The notes beneath the pieces are model-generated. The model saw nothing but the letters and a program-made list of their open reading frames with translations. It did not search any database and was not told the DNA's origin. A stretch of 64,000 bases of DNA from NCBI GenBank assembly GCA_965140585.1, contig OZ223269.1, forward strand, positions 1 through 64,000, given 5' to 3'. The number at the start of each line of letters is the position of its first letter. Positions within the stretch are counted from its first letter, which is position 1. Origin of the DNA: Spirochaetia bacterium (GTDB lineage: Bacteria; Spirochaetota; Spirochaetia; UBA9216). The position numbers and the translations under genes are program-made. Shown here piece by piece: positions 52,526 to 62,436 of this stretch.

Positions 52526-53034
52526 CGGGAAAACAGGAATTCCAAAGATCATTACCTCCGTTTTTTTTAAAAGAGGAATCAATTCTTGAAATACTCGAGC
52601 ACAGGCTCTTTCTTCAGACTGCAGATTATAAGCATCATGATACAATAAGCTGTCATTCACACAGTCTGAAGGTAGCGAAGATAGCTTTTGATATTACTGC
52701 AAAAATCAGTGTTGATCGGGTTTCTCTGATCAGGGGGGCTCTGCTCCATGATTTTTATCTATATGACTGGCATGAAGGATGTCCGCCCTTTCACGGGTTT
52801 CGTCACCCTGAGGTTGCACTGCGGAATGCATCAGGACATTTCAGTATTAACAGGGTCGAAAAGGATATAATTCTGCGGCATATGTTTCCGCTCACTCCTG
52901 TGCCTCCCGTTACAGCAGAAGCTGTAATCGTCTGTATTGCCGATAAGGCCGCTGCAATGAAGGAGTATAGTTCTATCTGGCAAGGTAAACTCTGGCAAAC
53001 TCTGTCGCACCTGCGGAACCGCTGCCTGCGGTAA
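52519..53034 (+). CDS. HD-domain phosphohydrolase
   Basis: HSLKVA, GALLHDFYLYDW, HGFRHP, HMFP, ADK. Confidence 0.88.
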   Translation: MVAGKQEFQRSLPPFFLKEESILEILEHRLFLQTADYKHHDTISCHSHSLKVAKIAFDITAKISVDRVSLIRGALLHDFYLYDWHEGCPPFHGFRHPEVALRNASGHFSINRVEKDIILRHMFPLTPVPPVTAEAVIVCIADKAAAMKEYSSIWQGKLWQTLSHLRNRCLR

Positions 53035-53722
53035 TTTTGTCAAAACCGCTGAAAACTTCTATTTTTGTAAAACCTGCTGCCTTGAGCTCCGTTTCCAGGA
53101 ACTGCCGGGTCAGCGGCAGCAGCTTTGTGCTGTCTGATTCTGTCTTATCGGTTTCCCTGTCGGTAAGGGAAATGTGAAAGTTGATATATTCATCAGAAGT
53201 AAATTCATAGCTGCGTTTAAAGATATGGCTGTCAGTCTGTATTTCATCAAATGATACATTTCTGTTTTTTAAAATCATATCAAAATTCAGAATCTGAAAT
53301 ATGAAACCTCCCTCAAGGTTAAGGTTTCTTCTTACATCAGCGAAAAAGTTTTTAACTGAATCCTCCGAATCAAGATGAGGGAGTGTGTTTCCAAGGCAGA
53401 GGATTAAATCAAAATTTCCGAATCCGGATATGTCCTCCATTCCTGCAGCATGAAAATCTATTTTTTGCCGAATCCAGTCAGCTGTATTTGCTTTTCTTTG
53501 CTGTGCAGCTTGAATCATTTCAACACTGAGGTCAATCCCTGTAACTCTATGTCCGTTTTCTGCAAGCAGAACGGCAAGTTCTCCGTCCGCGCAGCCGACA
53601 TCAAGGATTCTGCAGGTCTTCTTTACGCCTGCCAAATGTCCAGCTTCTGCAATGCAGAAAGCAGTCTTTCGATTTTCAGAAGGAAAAAGTTCTGAATAAA
53701 AGGGTGAGATCAGTTCATACAT
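52973..53722 (-). CDS. Class I SAM-dependent methyltransferase
   Basis: ILDVGCADG, GIDLS, CLGNTLPH. Confidence 0.9.
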   Translation of the reverse strand: MYELISPFYSELFPSENRKTAFCIAEAGHLAGVKKTCRILDVGCADGELAVLLAENGHRVTGIDLSVEMIQAAQQRKANTADWIRQKIDFHAAGMEDISGFGNFDLILCLGNTLPHLDSEDSVKNFFADVRRNLNLEGGFIFQILNFDMILKNRNVSFDEIQTDSHIFKRSYEFTSDEYINFHISLTDRETDKTESDSTKLLPLTRQFLETELKAAGFTKIEVFSGFDKITAGSGSAGATEFARVYLAR

Positions 53723-53737
53723 TGATAATTCCGCCTT

Positions 53738-53968
53738 TCAGCCGTTATTTCCGATGGCATTAACCGGACACATTCCCATTGCTTCAGCGCAGGCTGCCTC
53801 TTCTGTTTCATTTTCCGGCTGACTGTATACATAGGCGTAGTCTTCACCCTCTATCATTTTAAAGCACCCAGGTGCTTCGTTGATACATAAGCCGCAGGCT
53901 ATACAGCCGGAATCAATATAATACCTTCCGGCTGTATTTTCCGCAACTTTATCATTCTTGTCTGCCAT
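53738..53968 (-). CDS. Single-cluster ferredoxin
   Basis: CIACGLC...CPVNAIG; AGGAG RBS. Confidence 0.9.
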   Translation of the reverse strand: MADKNDKVAENTAGRYYIDSGCIACGLCINEAPGCFKMIEGEDYAYVYSQPENETEEAACAEAMGMCPVNAIGNNG

Positions 53969-54026
53969 TATCTGCTCCTGATGTTTAAATTATAGGAGCT
54001 GCGGCGGCAGAAATAAAGTTTTCTGC

Positions 54027-55037
54027 TCAGATTATAAAAATATTCCCGGCTACAGACAGCCCTGCACCCGATGCTACAGTACATACTTTATCACCGGTTT
54101 TTACTGATCCCTCAGTTACGGCATAAGAAAGCGCCATTGGGATACAGCCCGAGCCGGTATACCCGTATTTATCCATTACCATCACAGCCTTCTCAATCGG
54201 CTGCTTGAGAATGGACATCACTTCCTTTATCACACTGGCATTGATCTGTGTGAATATATAGTGGTCTATTTCATTGGCGGTGTATCCTGCCTTTTCAATC
54301 ATCTCAAGAGTAAATGCAGGCCAGAGTGTGATATTACGATCCCCGGGGAGCCGCTGAAGAAGCTGAAGACCCCATTCATCGTTATCAAGCCTTTCCTTTG
54401 TGATTGGCTGTCTTGTTCCGCCGGAATATACACCGATATAGTCCCACTGAGTACCGTCGGCAAGTTTATGTCCGGTGATATATTTGTTTTCTTCTTTATC
54501 GGTACACTTTTTCAGAACAAAAGCACCTGCACCGTCGGCAAAAATAGAATACCCGAAAGCGTCACCGGGTCTGAAAAAGGCCGGCATGTTATATACGCCT
54601 GCAACAACAGCATATTTAATCTCAGGATCGCAGGCTACCATTCTGGCAGCAGCATCCAATGCAGAAGTGAAACTTGCACATGAAGAGGCTATATCAAAGG
54701 CCCCGGTGTTGTGTTGACCCTTCTGAAGTCTGCCCTGTACAAGTATCGCTGTGGCAGGCGAAATATATTCGGGGGTATCTGTTGCGACTATAATAAGATT
54801 TATATCCTCCGGACTTATTCCGGCCGCCTCAATGGCTTTTACCGAGGCCTTCTCGGCAAAATCCGCGGTGGTTTCATCCAGTCCCCTGAGATGTGCAATG
54901 TGTCTTGTTTTAATACCAATTTTATCTTCAATTTTTTGTGCATCAAACTCGACACCGGCAAGTTTCAGCACCTCCTCATTTGAGATAGGATCACCGGGGG
55001 CATACAGGCCTGTTCCGGCAATAATTACTCCATCCAT
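54027..55037 (-). CDS. FabH/KAS III-fold enzyme with atypical catalytic residues
   Basis: GTGLYAP, GIKTRH, ASSCASF (Cys), FADGAGA, IFTQIN, YGYTGSGC; start at MDGVII after a GGAG RBS. Confidence 0.85.
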   Translation of the reverse strand: MDGVIIAGTGLYAPGDPISNEEVLKLAGVEFDAQKIEDKIGIKTRHIAHLRGLDETTADFAEKASVKAIEAAGISPEDINLIIVATDTPEYISPATAILVQGRLQKGQHNTGAFDIASSCASFTSALDAAARMVACDPEIKYAVVAGVYNMPAFFRPGDAFGYSIFADGAGAFVLKKCTDKEENKYITGHKLADGTQWDYIGVYSGGTRQPITKERLDNDEWGLQLLQRLPGDRNITLWPAFTLEMIEKAGYTANEIDHYIFTQINASVIKEVMSILKQPIEKAVMVMDKYGYTGSGCIPMALSYAVTEGSVKTGDKVCTVASGAGLSVAGNIFII

Positions 55038-55038
55038 T

Positions 55039-56295
55039 CTAACTCTCCCTTCTGAGTACTGTAACACAGTTTGTGACCGCAGATCCTCCGACATTAAGGA
55101 CTGCAGCAGTTTCAGGTGTCCCCGCAGATGGGGCAGTACCAATCGGATTGCCGCAGAGCTGTTTATAAAGTAAAGCATGCATAGATACACCTGTAGCTCC
55201 TACCGGATGACCCTTTGCCTTCAATCCGCCGGACAGGTTGACCGGACACTTGTCGTCCTTGTCAAAGCGTCCTTCCATGTACTCATAACCCGATTTGCCG
55301 TCTTCAGACAATCCCAGAGCCTCCGTACACAGCAGCTGGTTAATAGTGAAGCAGTCATGCACCTCTGCAATGTCCACATCAGAAGCAGTAATCCCTGCCT
55401 CTTCGTATGCTTGGGCTACCGCTATTTTCCCTGCCATCAGTTCGTGCATATTGGGGCGCACGCTTATCGGCAGTCTTTCGGTAACCTGTGCGATTCCTGC
55501 AACATGAACCGGTTTTGATGCTGATTTTGAGAATTCCTCATTTGTAAGAATGACTGCTGCAGCGCCGTCTGTAACCAGTGAGCAGTCATGCAGTCTAAGC
55601 GGTTCGGCAATTATCGGGTTTTTTTCATCCGGCAGATTTTTTATTGCTTCAGCAGTAAAGAGGCCGAGCTTTTCCGGCACTGCTCCTTTGCCGAAGTGGG
55701 CAAGGGGATTATCAAGAGCATTGCGGTACATTAGAGCAGATACATTCGCAAGCATATCTGTAAGTTTTTCATCGCCCAGTTTATAGTGATCGCGATAGCC
55801 CTTCGCATACTCGGCAAAGAGTCCCGGAAAGGTCATTCCGTTAGCGCCTTCTTCAGGCCAGTATGAGGAGCAGGCAAGAGTATGTGTTACTCCCTTGGTC
55901 GGCAGCAACGACATTTTTTCTGCTCCGATTACGAGGACTCTTTTATATCTGCCTGATTCTATTCCGTAGATTGCGTTATACAGAGCAAGCGAGGAGGACG
56001 CACAGGCTCCTTCTACCCTGGTGGTGGGCAGAAAGCGGAATTTGTCAGGATTAACCTCAAGGCCCAGAGGTCCGATGTGCTCCTGATTTACAAACAGACT
56101 GGGGGAACAGGCTCCAATCCATATCGCATCTATTTCGGAAGGGTCCAGCCCTGCATCTTCAATTGCTCCGTTACCAGCTTCCTTAATCAGTTCATAAAAA
56201 CTGTAATTATCTGTAATCTCTCCGGTTTCCCTGTTTTTTGTAGAGAAAGTTCCGAATTTGGTGTTATAGGCACCTGTGATCCAGGTTTTACTCAT
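55039..56295 (-). CDS. SCP2-type thiolase
   Basis: EGACASS, DGAAAV, EVHDCF, KGHPVGATG. Confidence 0.9.
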   Translation of the reverse strand: MSKTWITGAYNTKFGTFSTKNRETGEITDNYSFYELIKEAGNGAIEDAGLDPSEIDAIWIGACSPSLFVNQEHIGPLGLEVNPDKFRFLPTTRVEGACASSSLALYNAIYGIESGRYKRVLVIGAEKMSLLPTKGVTHTLACSSYWPEEGANGMTFPGLFAEYAKGYRDHYKLGDEKLTDMLANVSALMYRNALDNPLAHFGKGAVPEKLGLFTAEAIKNLPDEKNPIIAEPLRLHDCSLVTDGAAAVILTNEEFSKSASKPVHVAGIAQVTERLPISVRPNMHELMAGKIAVAQAYEEAGITASDVDIAEVHDCFTINQLLCTEALGLSEDGKSGYEYMEGRFDKDDKCPVNLSGGLKAKGHPVGATGVSMHALLYKQLCGNPIGTAPSAGTPETAAVLNVGGSAVTNCVTVLRRES

Positions 56296-56324
56296 TTTTT
56301 AACCTCCATTTGTTAAGTTATATG

Positions 56325-56418
56325 TGAATCATCTCTCATTTATTATAGCATAAGCCCTTTATCTGTCAATTTTTTTCTTGACAGTAATAAAAACTGGACT
56401 ATAATGAGAGGTGATTCA
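56325..56418. promoter_or_regulatory. Back-to-back sigma70 promoters, each followed by TGAGAGRTGATTCA
   Basis: Plus strand: TTGACA 56378-83, TATAAT 56400-05, motif 56405-18. Minus strand: TTGACA 56369-64, TATAAT 56347-42, motif 56338-25. Confidence 0.8.
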
Positions 56419-56436
56419 GTATAAACAGGAGGCTAT

Positions 56437-57234
56437 ATGGATATTAAAGGTAAAGTCCTGGTTGTTACAGGCGGCGGAAGCGGCATCGGTGAGGCAGTAG
56501 CAAAGACTATAGCAAAAGCCGGGGCAAAAGTATTTCTTGGGGATATAAACCAGGAGAGCATCGACAGAGTTGTTGCTGAAATTCAGGCTGCAGGCGGAGA
56601 GGCTGCAGGTACTACAGTAAATGTTACTGATGAGAATCAGGTTAAAGAGCTGATGAAAAAAGCAGCTGAGACTTACGGCTCTGTGAATATTGTTGTTCCC
56701 TGTGCGGGAATTATACGTGACGGACTTATGATTAATACAGATAAGGAAACCGGAAAAGTTAAACGAACCATGAGTTTTGATGATTTTCAGTCTGTAATAA
56801 ACATAAATCTTTCAGGAACCTTCCTGACGCTCAGGGAAGCTGCGGCAATTATGGTTGATAACGGATGGGAAGGAGTTCTTTTTACAATTTCTTCAGTAAA
56901 CAAGATTGGACAGGTAGGGCAGCTTAACTACTCAGCTACAAAATCAGCAGTCGGTATGTGGCCGAAGCTGCTTGCAGGCGAATTTCACATGAAGGGAATA
57001 AGCAATATCAGGGTAGTCGGTCTGGCTCCTGGATATGTTGGGACCCCGATGCTTACAAATATGAATCAGGATGCACTTAATGCAATTCTCAAGGATGTTC
57101 ATATCGGAAGACTGATAGCTCCGGAAGAAATAGCAAAACTGATGCTTCATGTTGTTGATAATGAAGCTATTGATGGAACTACCATTGAAATCACCGGAGG
57201 AGTAACATTCGGTTCACGTCAAATCGCTAAATAA
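56437..57234 (+). CDS. SDR oxidoreductase (3-oxoacyl/acetoacetyl reductase-like)
   Basis: TGGGSGIG, AGIIRDG, GQLNYSATK. Confidence 0.9.
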   Translation: MDIKGKVLVVTGGGSGIGEAVAKTIAKAGAKVFLGDINQESIDRVVAEIQAAGGEAAGTTVNVTDENQVKELMKKAAETYGSVNIVVPCAGIIRDGLMINTDKETGKVKRTMSFDDFQSVININLSGTFLTLREAAAIMVDNGWEGVLFTISSVNKIGQVGQLNYSATKSAVGMWPKLLAGEFHMKGISNIRVVGLAPGYVGTPMLTNMNQDALNAILKDVHIGRLIAPEEIAKLMLHVVDNEAIDGTTIEITGGVTFGSRQIAK

Positions 57235-57294
57235 GAATGTCTTTGACATTCTTATTTTAGAGTTAGATTATTTCTATGATAGAAATAATCTAAC
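57229..57294. repeat. Two adjacent perfect inverted repeats
   Basis: AAATAAGAATGTC-TTT-GACATTCTTATTT (57229-57257) and GTTAGATTATTTCTAT-G-ATAGAAATAATCTAAC (57262-57294). Confidence 0.85.
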
Positions 57295-57326
57295 ACCGGA
57301 AATTAATAAGAATAATTGAGGCACTT

Positions 57327-58346
57327 ATGCATATGAAATTTGATAATCCCTGTGTGGGATTAAGAGGATGGGGAACGTATATTCCTGAAACTTTCTGGGA
57401 CGCGGCAAAGGTCTCTGAAGAGAGCGGGGTCCCCGAGAATATAGTTATTGAAAAACTGGGTTTTAAACGCAAGCCTATGGCTCAGGAGCATGAGACAACC
57501 GCATTTATGGCGCTGGAGGCTTCCAGAAAAGCAATAGTCATGGCGGATATCGATCCCATGGCTATTGACTGCGTTATTTACAACGGCGGTCAGCATAAGG
57601 ATTATGTCTGCTGGCTTGCCGGTCTTAATATTGCTGATAAGCTTGGTTCTAAAAACGCCTGGTCATTCGATATGGAGGCCATGTGCGGTTCAATGATCAG
57701 CGGGTTTGAAGTTGCCAGGGGACTTATAGCTTCAGGCCGCTGCAAGACAGTTCTTCTTGCCAGTGGATACCGCAACGGAGATTTTATTAATTACAAAGTC
57801 CCCGAAACTACCTTCATGTACGACCTTGGCGCCGGCGGAAGCGCGGCCATTCTTCAGGGCGGCTACGAAAAGAATATCCTTATGGGATCTTCGTTCAAGG
57901 GTGACGGAAGTTTTTCCGAACTATGTACAGTTAAGTACGGCGGAACTAAACACTGGCCGATGAAGCCGGAAGACGCAGAAAAGATGTATTTTACGATCGA
58001 GGATAATGATCTTTTCAAGGAGAAGCTCAAGGAGGTAACAGTTCCCAACTTCTATGCTGTTATCAGAGAATCTCTTGAGCAGTCAGGGCTTGATGATTCG
58101 CGACTTGATTATCTGGGTATTCTGCATTTTAACCGCAGGACGCACGAAGCATTTCTGAACGAATTTAATTTAAAACCGGAACAGAGTTTCTATCTTGAAG
58201 ACTACGGCCATATAGGCCAGAATGACCAGCTGATTTCACTTGAAGAAGGATTGAAACTGGGCAGAATTAAAGACGGAGACAATGTTGTCTTTGTAGCAGG
58301 CGGTATAGGCTTTGTCTGGGCTGCCTGTGTAATCAGGATGGGATAA
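57327..58346 (+). CDS. Second FabH/KAS III-fold enzyme (Cys-His-His type)
   Basis: GTYIPE, EAMCGS, ILHFN, YGHIGQND, GGIGFVW. Confidence 0.85.
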   Translation: MHMKFDNPCVGLRGWGTYIPETFWDAAKVSEESGVPENIVIEKLGFKRKPMAQEHETTAFMALEASRKAIVMADIDPMAIDCVIYNGGQHKDYVCWLAGLNIADKLGSKNAWSFDMEAMCGSMISGFEVARGLIASGRCKTVLLASGYRNGDFINYKVPETTFMYDLGAGGSAAILQGGYEKNILMGSSFKGDGSFSELCTVKYGGTKHWPMKPEDAEKMYFTIEDNDLFKEKLKEVTVPNFYAVIRESLEQSGLDDSRLDYLGILHFNRRTHEAFLNEFNLKPEQSFYLEDYGHIGQNDQLISLEEGLKLGRIKDGDNVVFVAGGIGFVWAACVIRMG

Positions 58347-59154
58347 GCCTTTTCCTTTCATAGAAGCCCATGATCAGTTCGTTTAGTTCATGGGCTTTTT
58401 CAAATATAGCCACATGTCCGCAGTCCGGAATTAGAATCAGTTCACCTGAGGGAATACTATCAGCAATTATTTCTGAAAAGTACGGTGGTTTCAATATATC
58501 TTCTTTACCGCAAAGTACAAGCACAGGTGCTGTTATCCCGTGCAGCTTTGAAGTGATGTCAACAGTAAGAAAGGTACGGTATAGATCCGCCTGTCCGCTA
58601 AAGTACTCTGAGGGAAGGCTGTTCATCTGGCATCCTCTCTGCATGAGAAAATCATGGTTATTCTTAAGATAGCTGCTGCTGTAAAGCCATGGAAGCATGA
58701 TGTTGTAGAATGCTTCGCCATTGCCCAGCTCTGCAGCCGTCAGCCAGGAGCCCACAGCCGCCTCAAGCAGCGGACTTAATTCGCTCACAGAATCGATTAT
58801 CACACCGGAAGAGCACATCTGCGGATATTTAACGGCAAAATACATGAATACTTCGCCTCCGTAGCTTGTTCCAATGAAGGATGCGCGGGAAATCCCGAGG
58901 TGATTCATCAAGCCTCTTAGATCCTCAACATGTTCATCGAATTTAGGTGTCTGTTCAGGTTTTCCTGATTTTAACTGGGCTCGAAAGTCATGCAGAATAA
59001 TCCGGAACCCCGCTTTTTCAAAGACAGGAAGCATCAGGTCCCAGCTTCCGGTTGATGCCATAACGCCGTTGAGAAAGAAAAGAGCCGTATCCGAACCCGG
59101 GTCACCCTTTTCCTCGTAATAGATATTTATTCCGTTTATCATTACTTCAGACAT
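58333..59154 (-). CDS. Alpha/beta hydrolase
   Basis: LNGVM, GTSYGG nucleophile, G.ED, GH. Confidence 0.9.
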   Translation of the reverse strand: MSEVMINGINIYYEEKGDPGSDTALFFLNGVMASTGSWDLMLPVFEKAGFRIILHDFRAQLKSGKPEQTPKFDEHVEDLRGLMNHLGISRASFIGTSYGGEVFMYFAVKYPQMCSSGVIIDSVSELSPLLEAAVGSWLTAAELGNGEAFYNIMLPWLYSSSYLKNNHDFLMQRGCQMNSLPSEYFSGQADLYRTFLTVDITSKLHGITAPVLVLCGKEDILKPPYFSEIIADSIPSGELILIPDCGHVAIFEKAHELNELIMGFYERKRLIPS

Positions 59155-59172
59155 GAAATTCCTCCTAAAAAC

Positions 59173-59272
59173 TGAATCACCTCTCAAAAATATTAACATC
59201 AGGGCAGATTTGGTGCAAGTTTTTTCTTGACAACGGTAAATAGTCATTCAATAATAAATGAGAGAAGATTCA
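59173..59272. promoter_or_regulatory. Second divergent promoter pair carrying the same 14-bp motif
   Basis: Minus strand: TTGCAC-17-TAATAT, motif 59186-73. Plus strand: TTGACA 59227-32, 17 bp, AATAAT, motif 59259-72. Confidence 0.75.
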
Positions 59273-59296
59273 GTTATCATTTTTTTGGAGGTAGAT

Positions 59297-60520
59297 ATGA
59301 CAATGCGAAAGCTAATGCTTCTTGCCGTTCTTCTGCTCAGTACTGCGGTACTGTTTGCCGGAGGACAACAGGAAGGTGGAAAAGATCCGATTAAGCTTGG
59401 TGGTGTATGGCCGCTGGCTGATATTTCAGGGGATCAGGGAAGCAAGGCTGCTCAGCTCGCAGTTGATGAGATCAATGCAAAGGGTGGAGTTCTTGGTCGA
59501 CCACTGGAATTAATTGTAATCGACAGTGAGTTCAAGCCTGAGAAAGGTGCTGCTGCGATAGAGAGACTTGCAACAGTAGAAAATGTTGATGCCTTTATCG
59601 GCGGTATGGCAAGCAGTGTTCATCTTGGACAGATTCCTACACTGAAAAAGTATAAGAAACTTACTGTATGGACAGGTGCTGCTTCAAGTGCTGCAGAAAA
59701 AGCTATGGGTCCGGATGCCGACTGGTACTTCCATCTTCATCCATGGGATTACAACCAGGGTGCAAGCTATGTTGTTGGCTGGGATGCTATTGCTGAAAAA
59801 TATCCGCAGATTAAAATTGACAGGTGGTTCCTAGCTTACGAAGAAGGTCCTTTTGGGAAATCATCATTTGATGCAACAAAGATCCTTTTTGCTGATCTTG
59901 ATATCGATGGAGAATCCTTTCAGTCTGCGGCTGCAGGCGGCGGAGACTACAGTGCTGTTATAGAACATGCAAAGGCATACAAGCCTGATGTATTCATCTG
60001 GGCAGGTTATGATGCTGATGCTCTTCCGCTTCTGGAACAGTCAAAGGCTATGGATTTTAATCCTCCTCTGTACGTTGGAGCTCCTCCAGGATGGCCTGCA
60101 GACTTCGGTGACTCACCTCTGGCCGAAAACGTAACTCTTTACGGAATGTGGGTTCCTTCAATAGACAAGGTAAGTGATGTAAGTAAGAACTTTACAGCAG
60201 GATACAAGGCTAAATACGGCAATGTACCGGCTACATACTTTGCACCGCTTTCATATTCTGCTGTTTATATTGTTGCTGAGGCTATGGAAAAAGCCGGAAC
60301 TCTTGAAACAGAGGCTCTTGTAGCAGCAGCAAAACAGACCAGTTATGAATCCCCGCTTGGAGAAACCATCACTTTCAGCCCGTCAAATGTAATTCAGAAC
60401 CAGGGAATCAGAAACCAGAAGATTCTGCAGTGGCAGAATGGTGTTCAGGAAGTTATCTGGCCGTTCGAATACGCAACAGCCGCACCTGTTTACCCGTTTA
60501 CACCCTGGGGCAAAAGATAA
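59297..60520 (+). CDS. Liv-type ABC transporter substrate-binding protein
   Basis: GGAGG RBS; LAVDEINAKGGVLGRPLEL, ILQWQNG...VIWP. Confidence 0.9.
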   Translation: MTMRKLMLLAVLLLSTAVLFAGGQQEGGKDPIKLGGVWPLADISGDQGSKAAQLAVDEINAKGGVLGRPLELIVIDSEFKPEKGAAAIERLATVENVDAFIGGMASSVHLGQIPTLKKYKKLTVWTGAASSAAEKAMGPDADWYFHLHPWDYNQGASYVVGWDAIAEKYPQIKIDRWFLAYEEGPFGKSSFDATKILFADLDIDGESFQSAAAGGGDYSAVIEHAKAYKPDVFIWAGYDADALPLLEQSKAMDFNPPLYVGAPPGWPADFGDSPLAENVTLYGMWVPSIDKVSDVSKNFTAGYKAKYGNVPATYFAPLSYSAVYIVAEAMEKAGTLETEALVAAAKQTSYESPLGETITFSPSNVIQNQGIRNQKILQWQNGVQEVIWPFEYATAAPVYPFTPWGKR

Positions 60521-60533
60521 TATCTTTAAAAGA

Positions 60534-60559
60534 AGGGAAACCTCTCAAGAGGTTTCCCT
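60534..60559 (+). other. Intra-operon stem-loop after the binding-protein gene
   Basis: AGGGAAACCTCT-CA-AGAGGTTTCCCT. Confidence 0.6.
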
Positions 60560-60586
60560 CTCTCACTCATCCACAGGAGAATTTAT

Positions 60587-61513
60587 ATGTCGAATAGAAA
60601 GCTAAAGGTAATAGTACCGGTAGCGCTATCCATCATTATTGTAGTGATTCTGCTTATATGGAAACCGACTGTTCTGATATTCGGTGTCCAGAGAGCCGGA
60701 CTGTACGCGGCTATTGCTCTTCCGATGGCTCTTGTCCTTGGAATAGTTCACATCGTCAACCTTGCCCACGGCGAGCTGATGATTCTTGCAGCATACATGA
60801 CTTATAACATAAGCAGGATGACTGGTATTGATCCTCTTATTGCAATGTTTCTTACAGCAGCCGTAATGTTCGTAATCGGGGCAATCCTTTATCAGATTAC
60901 TATTAAAAGAGCAATAAGCGCACCCGAGCTTAATCAGCTGATACTTACATTCGGTATTGCAATGGTCATCAGTCAGGGGATCAACCTTTTTGCAACATCA
61001 CAGCCGAGAAAACTCTCACTCGATTATGTAACGGCTTCTGCCAAAATTGGGGAATTGAGTTTCGGCACCTATGATTTTATATTTGTTGCGGTGGCTGTCG
61101 TCATGCTTGTCGGCCTTCTGTTGTTTCTGAAGAAGACCAGGATTGGTCAGGCTGCACTGGCTGTCGGCCAGAACCCCAGAGGCGCCGCAATAGTCGGAAT
61201 TAATGTACATTTAACCTACATGCTGATTTTTTCAATTTCAACAGCACTTCTTGGAATAATGGGAGCATTCTTTCTCACAAAGATGTCCATATTCCCGACA
61301 GCCGGAGGCCCTTTCACCATGAAATCTTTCTGTCTGGTTGCAATGGCGGGAATCGGAAATCTTCCTGCAGTGCTTCTGGGAAGTATCGGCCTTGGTGTAG
61401 CTGAAAGTTTCATCTCATCATTCAGAGGCCTCAGCGGCTGGTCAAATATAATATTCTTTGTTCTAATTATCGTTGTAATTCTAAGCCGTTCATTAAAGGG
61501 GAGGAAACTGTGA
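60587..61513 (+). CDS. Liv-type ABC permease (LivH-like)
   Basis: IVNLAHGE, KTRIG.A..AV.QN, GIN, GIGN. Confidence 0.9.
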   Translation: MSNRKLKVIVPVALSIIIVVILLIWKPTVLIFGVQRAGLYAAIALPMALVLGIVHIVNLAHGELMILAAYMTYNISRMTGIDPLIAMFLTAAVMFVIGAILYQITIKRAISAPELNQLILTFGIAMVISQGINLFATSQPRKLSLDYVTASAKIGELSFGTYDFIFVAVAVVMLVGLLLFLKKTRIGQAALAVGQNPRGAAIVGINVHLTYMLIFSISTALLGIMGAFFLTKMSIFPTAGGPFTMKSFCLVAMAGIGNLPAVLLGSIGLGVAESFISSFRGLSGWSNIIFFVLIIVVILSRSLKGRKL

Positions 61514-62436
61514 AAAACCTGAAAATGATAATTCCTGCTGCTTTGGTAGCGGTGTTTGCAATACTGTTTCCGCTTTTTTCAGGTCCCTATCCTCAGTCAA
61601 TAGCCCGGACAGTAATGACTTATATGGCGCTGGCTGTAAGCTGGGACATGCTGATTCGTTCCGGACAGCTGTCATTCGGTATTGCCGGATTTTTCGGAAT
61701 CGGCAGTTACTTTTCAGCATTGCTCTGTTTGAAGCTTGGAATACCGGCGTTACCTTCAATCATGATCGGCGGTGTTCTTGTCGGTCTTGTGGCTTTTGGT
61801 ATGGGATTCATAGTGTTGAGGCTTAGGGGGATGTATTTTGCAATTACAACCCTTGCCGCTGCCGAAATATTTAAAATAATCATCAGGAACTGGAATGATG
61901 TAACCGGCGGACCTGAAGGTCTTGTTTTAAAAGATGTAATCTTCGGCGGTAATTCTTACGGAATGTACTTTCTTACACTTGCCCTTGCTATAGGAGCAAT
62001 TGCTGCATCTATGTATTTTGAGCGGTCAAAGTTTCATCTGGCCCTGACTTCAATCCGTAATAATGAAATTGTAGCAAGAACCAGTGGAATAAACATCTTC
62101 ATGTATCTTGTAGTTGTCTTTGGAATTACTTCCGGTATACAGGGTCTTGCAGGCGGTGTTTATGCCCAGATGTACGGCTTTGTAACCCCTGACAGCAGTT
62201 TCAGTTCAGACTATACACTCCTGCCTCTGGCCATGTCGCTGCTGGGCGGAATGTACGGAACCTGGGGCCCGGTAGTCGGCGCTCTTCTGCTTGGCATAGT
62301 GTCGGAGTATTTGAAACTCTACATTCCATACGGTCATTTAATTGTTTATGGACTTATTATCGTGTTTGTTATTTTGGTTATGCCTGCCGGAATTACCGGT
62401 CTGATTAAATCAAGATTTTCAAGGGAGGCAAAATAA
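61510..62436 (+). CDS. Liv-type ABC permease (LivM-like)
   Basis: GQLSFG..GFFGIG.Y, LRLRGMYFAITTLA, TGGPEG, GPVVGA. Confidence 0.9.
   Translation: MKNLKMIIPAALVAVFAILFPLFSGPYPQSIARTVMTYMALAVSWDMLIRSGQLSFGIAGFFGIGSYFSALLCLKLGIPALPSIMIGGVLVGLVAFGMGFIVLRLRGMYFAITTLAAAEIFKIIIRNWNDVTGGPEGLVLKDVIFGGNSYGMYFLTLALAIGAIAASMYFERSKFHLALTSIRNNEIVARTSGINIFMYLVVVFGITSGIQGLAGGVYAQMYGFVTPDSSFSSDYTLLPLAMSLLGGMYGTWGPVVGALLLGIVSEYLKLYIPYGHLIVYGLIIVFVILVMPAGITGLIKSRFSREAK

Noticed and set aside
55038-55190. Long N-terminal extension of KAS-A given in the ORF track
   Set aside because: Overlaps the thiolase gene; the RBS-supported start is at 55037
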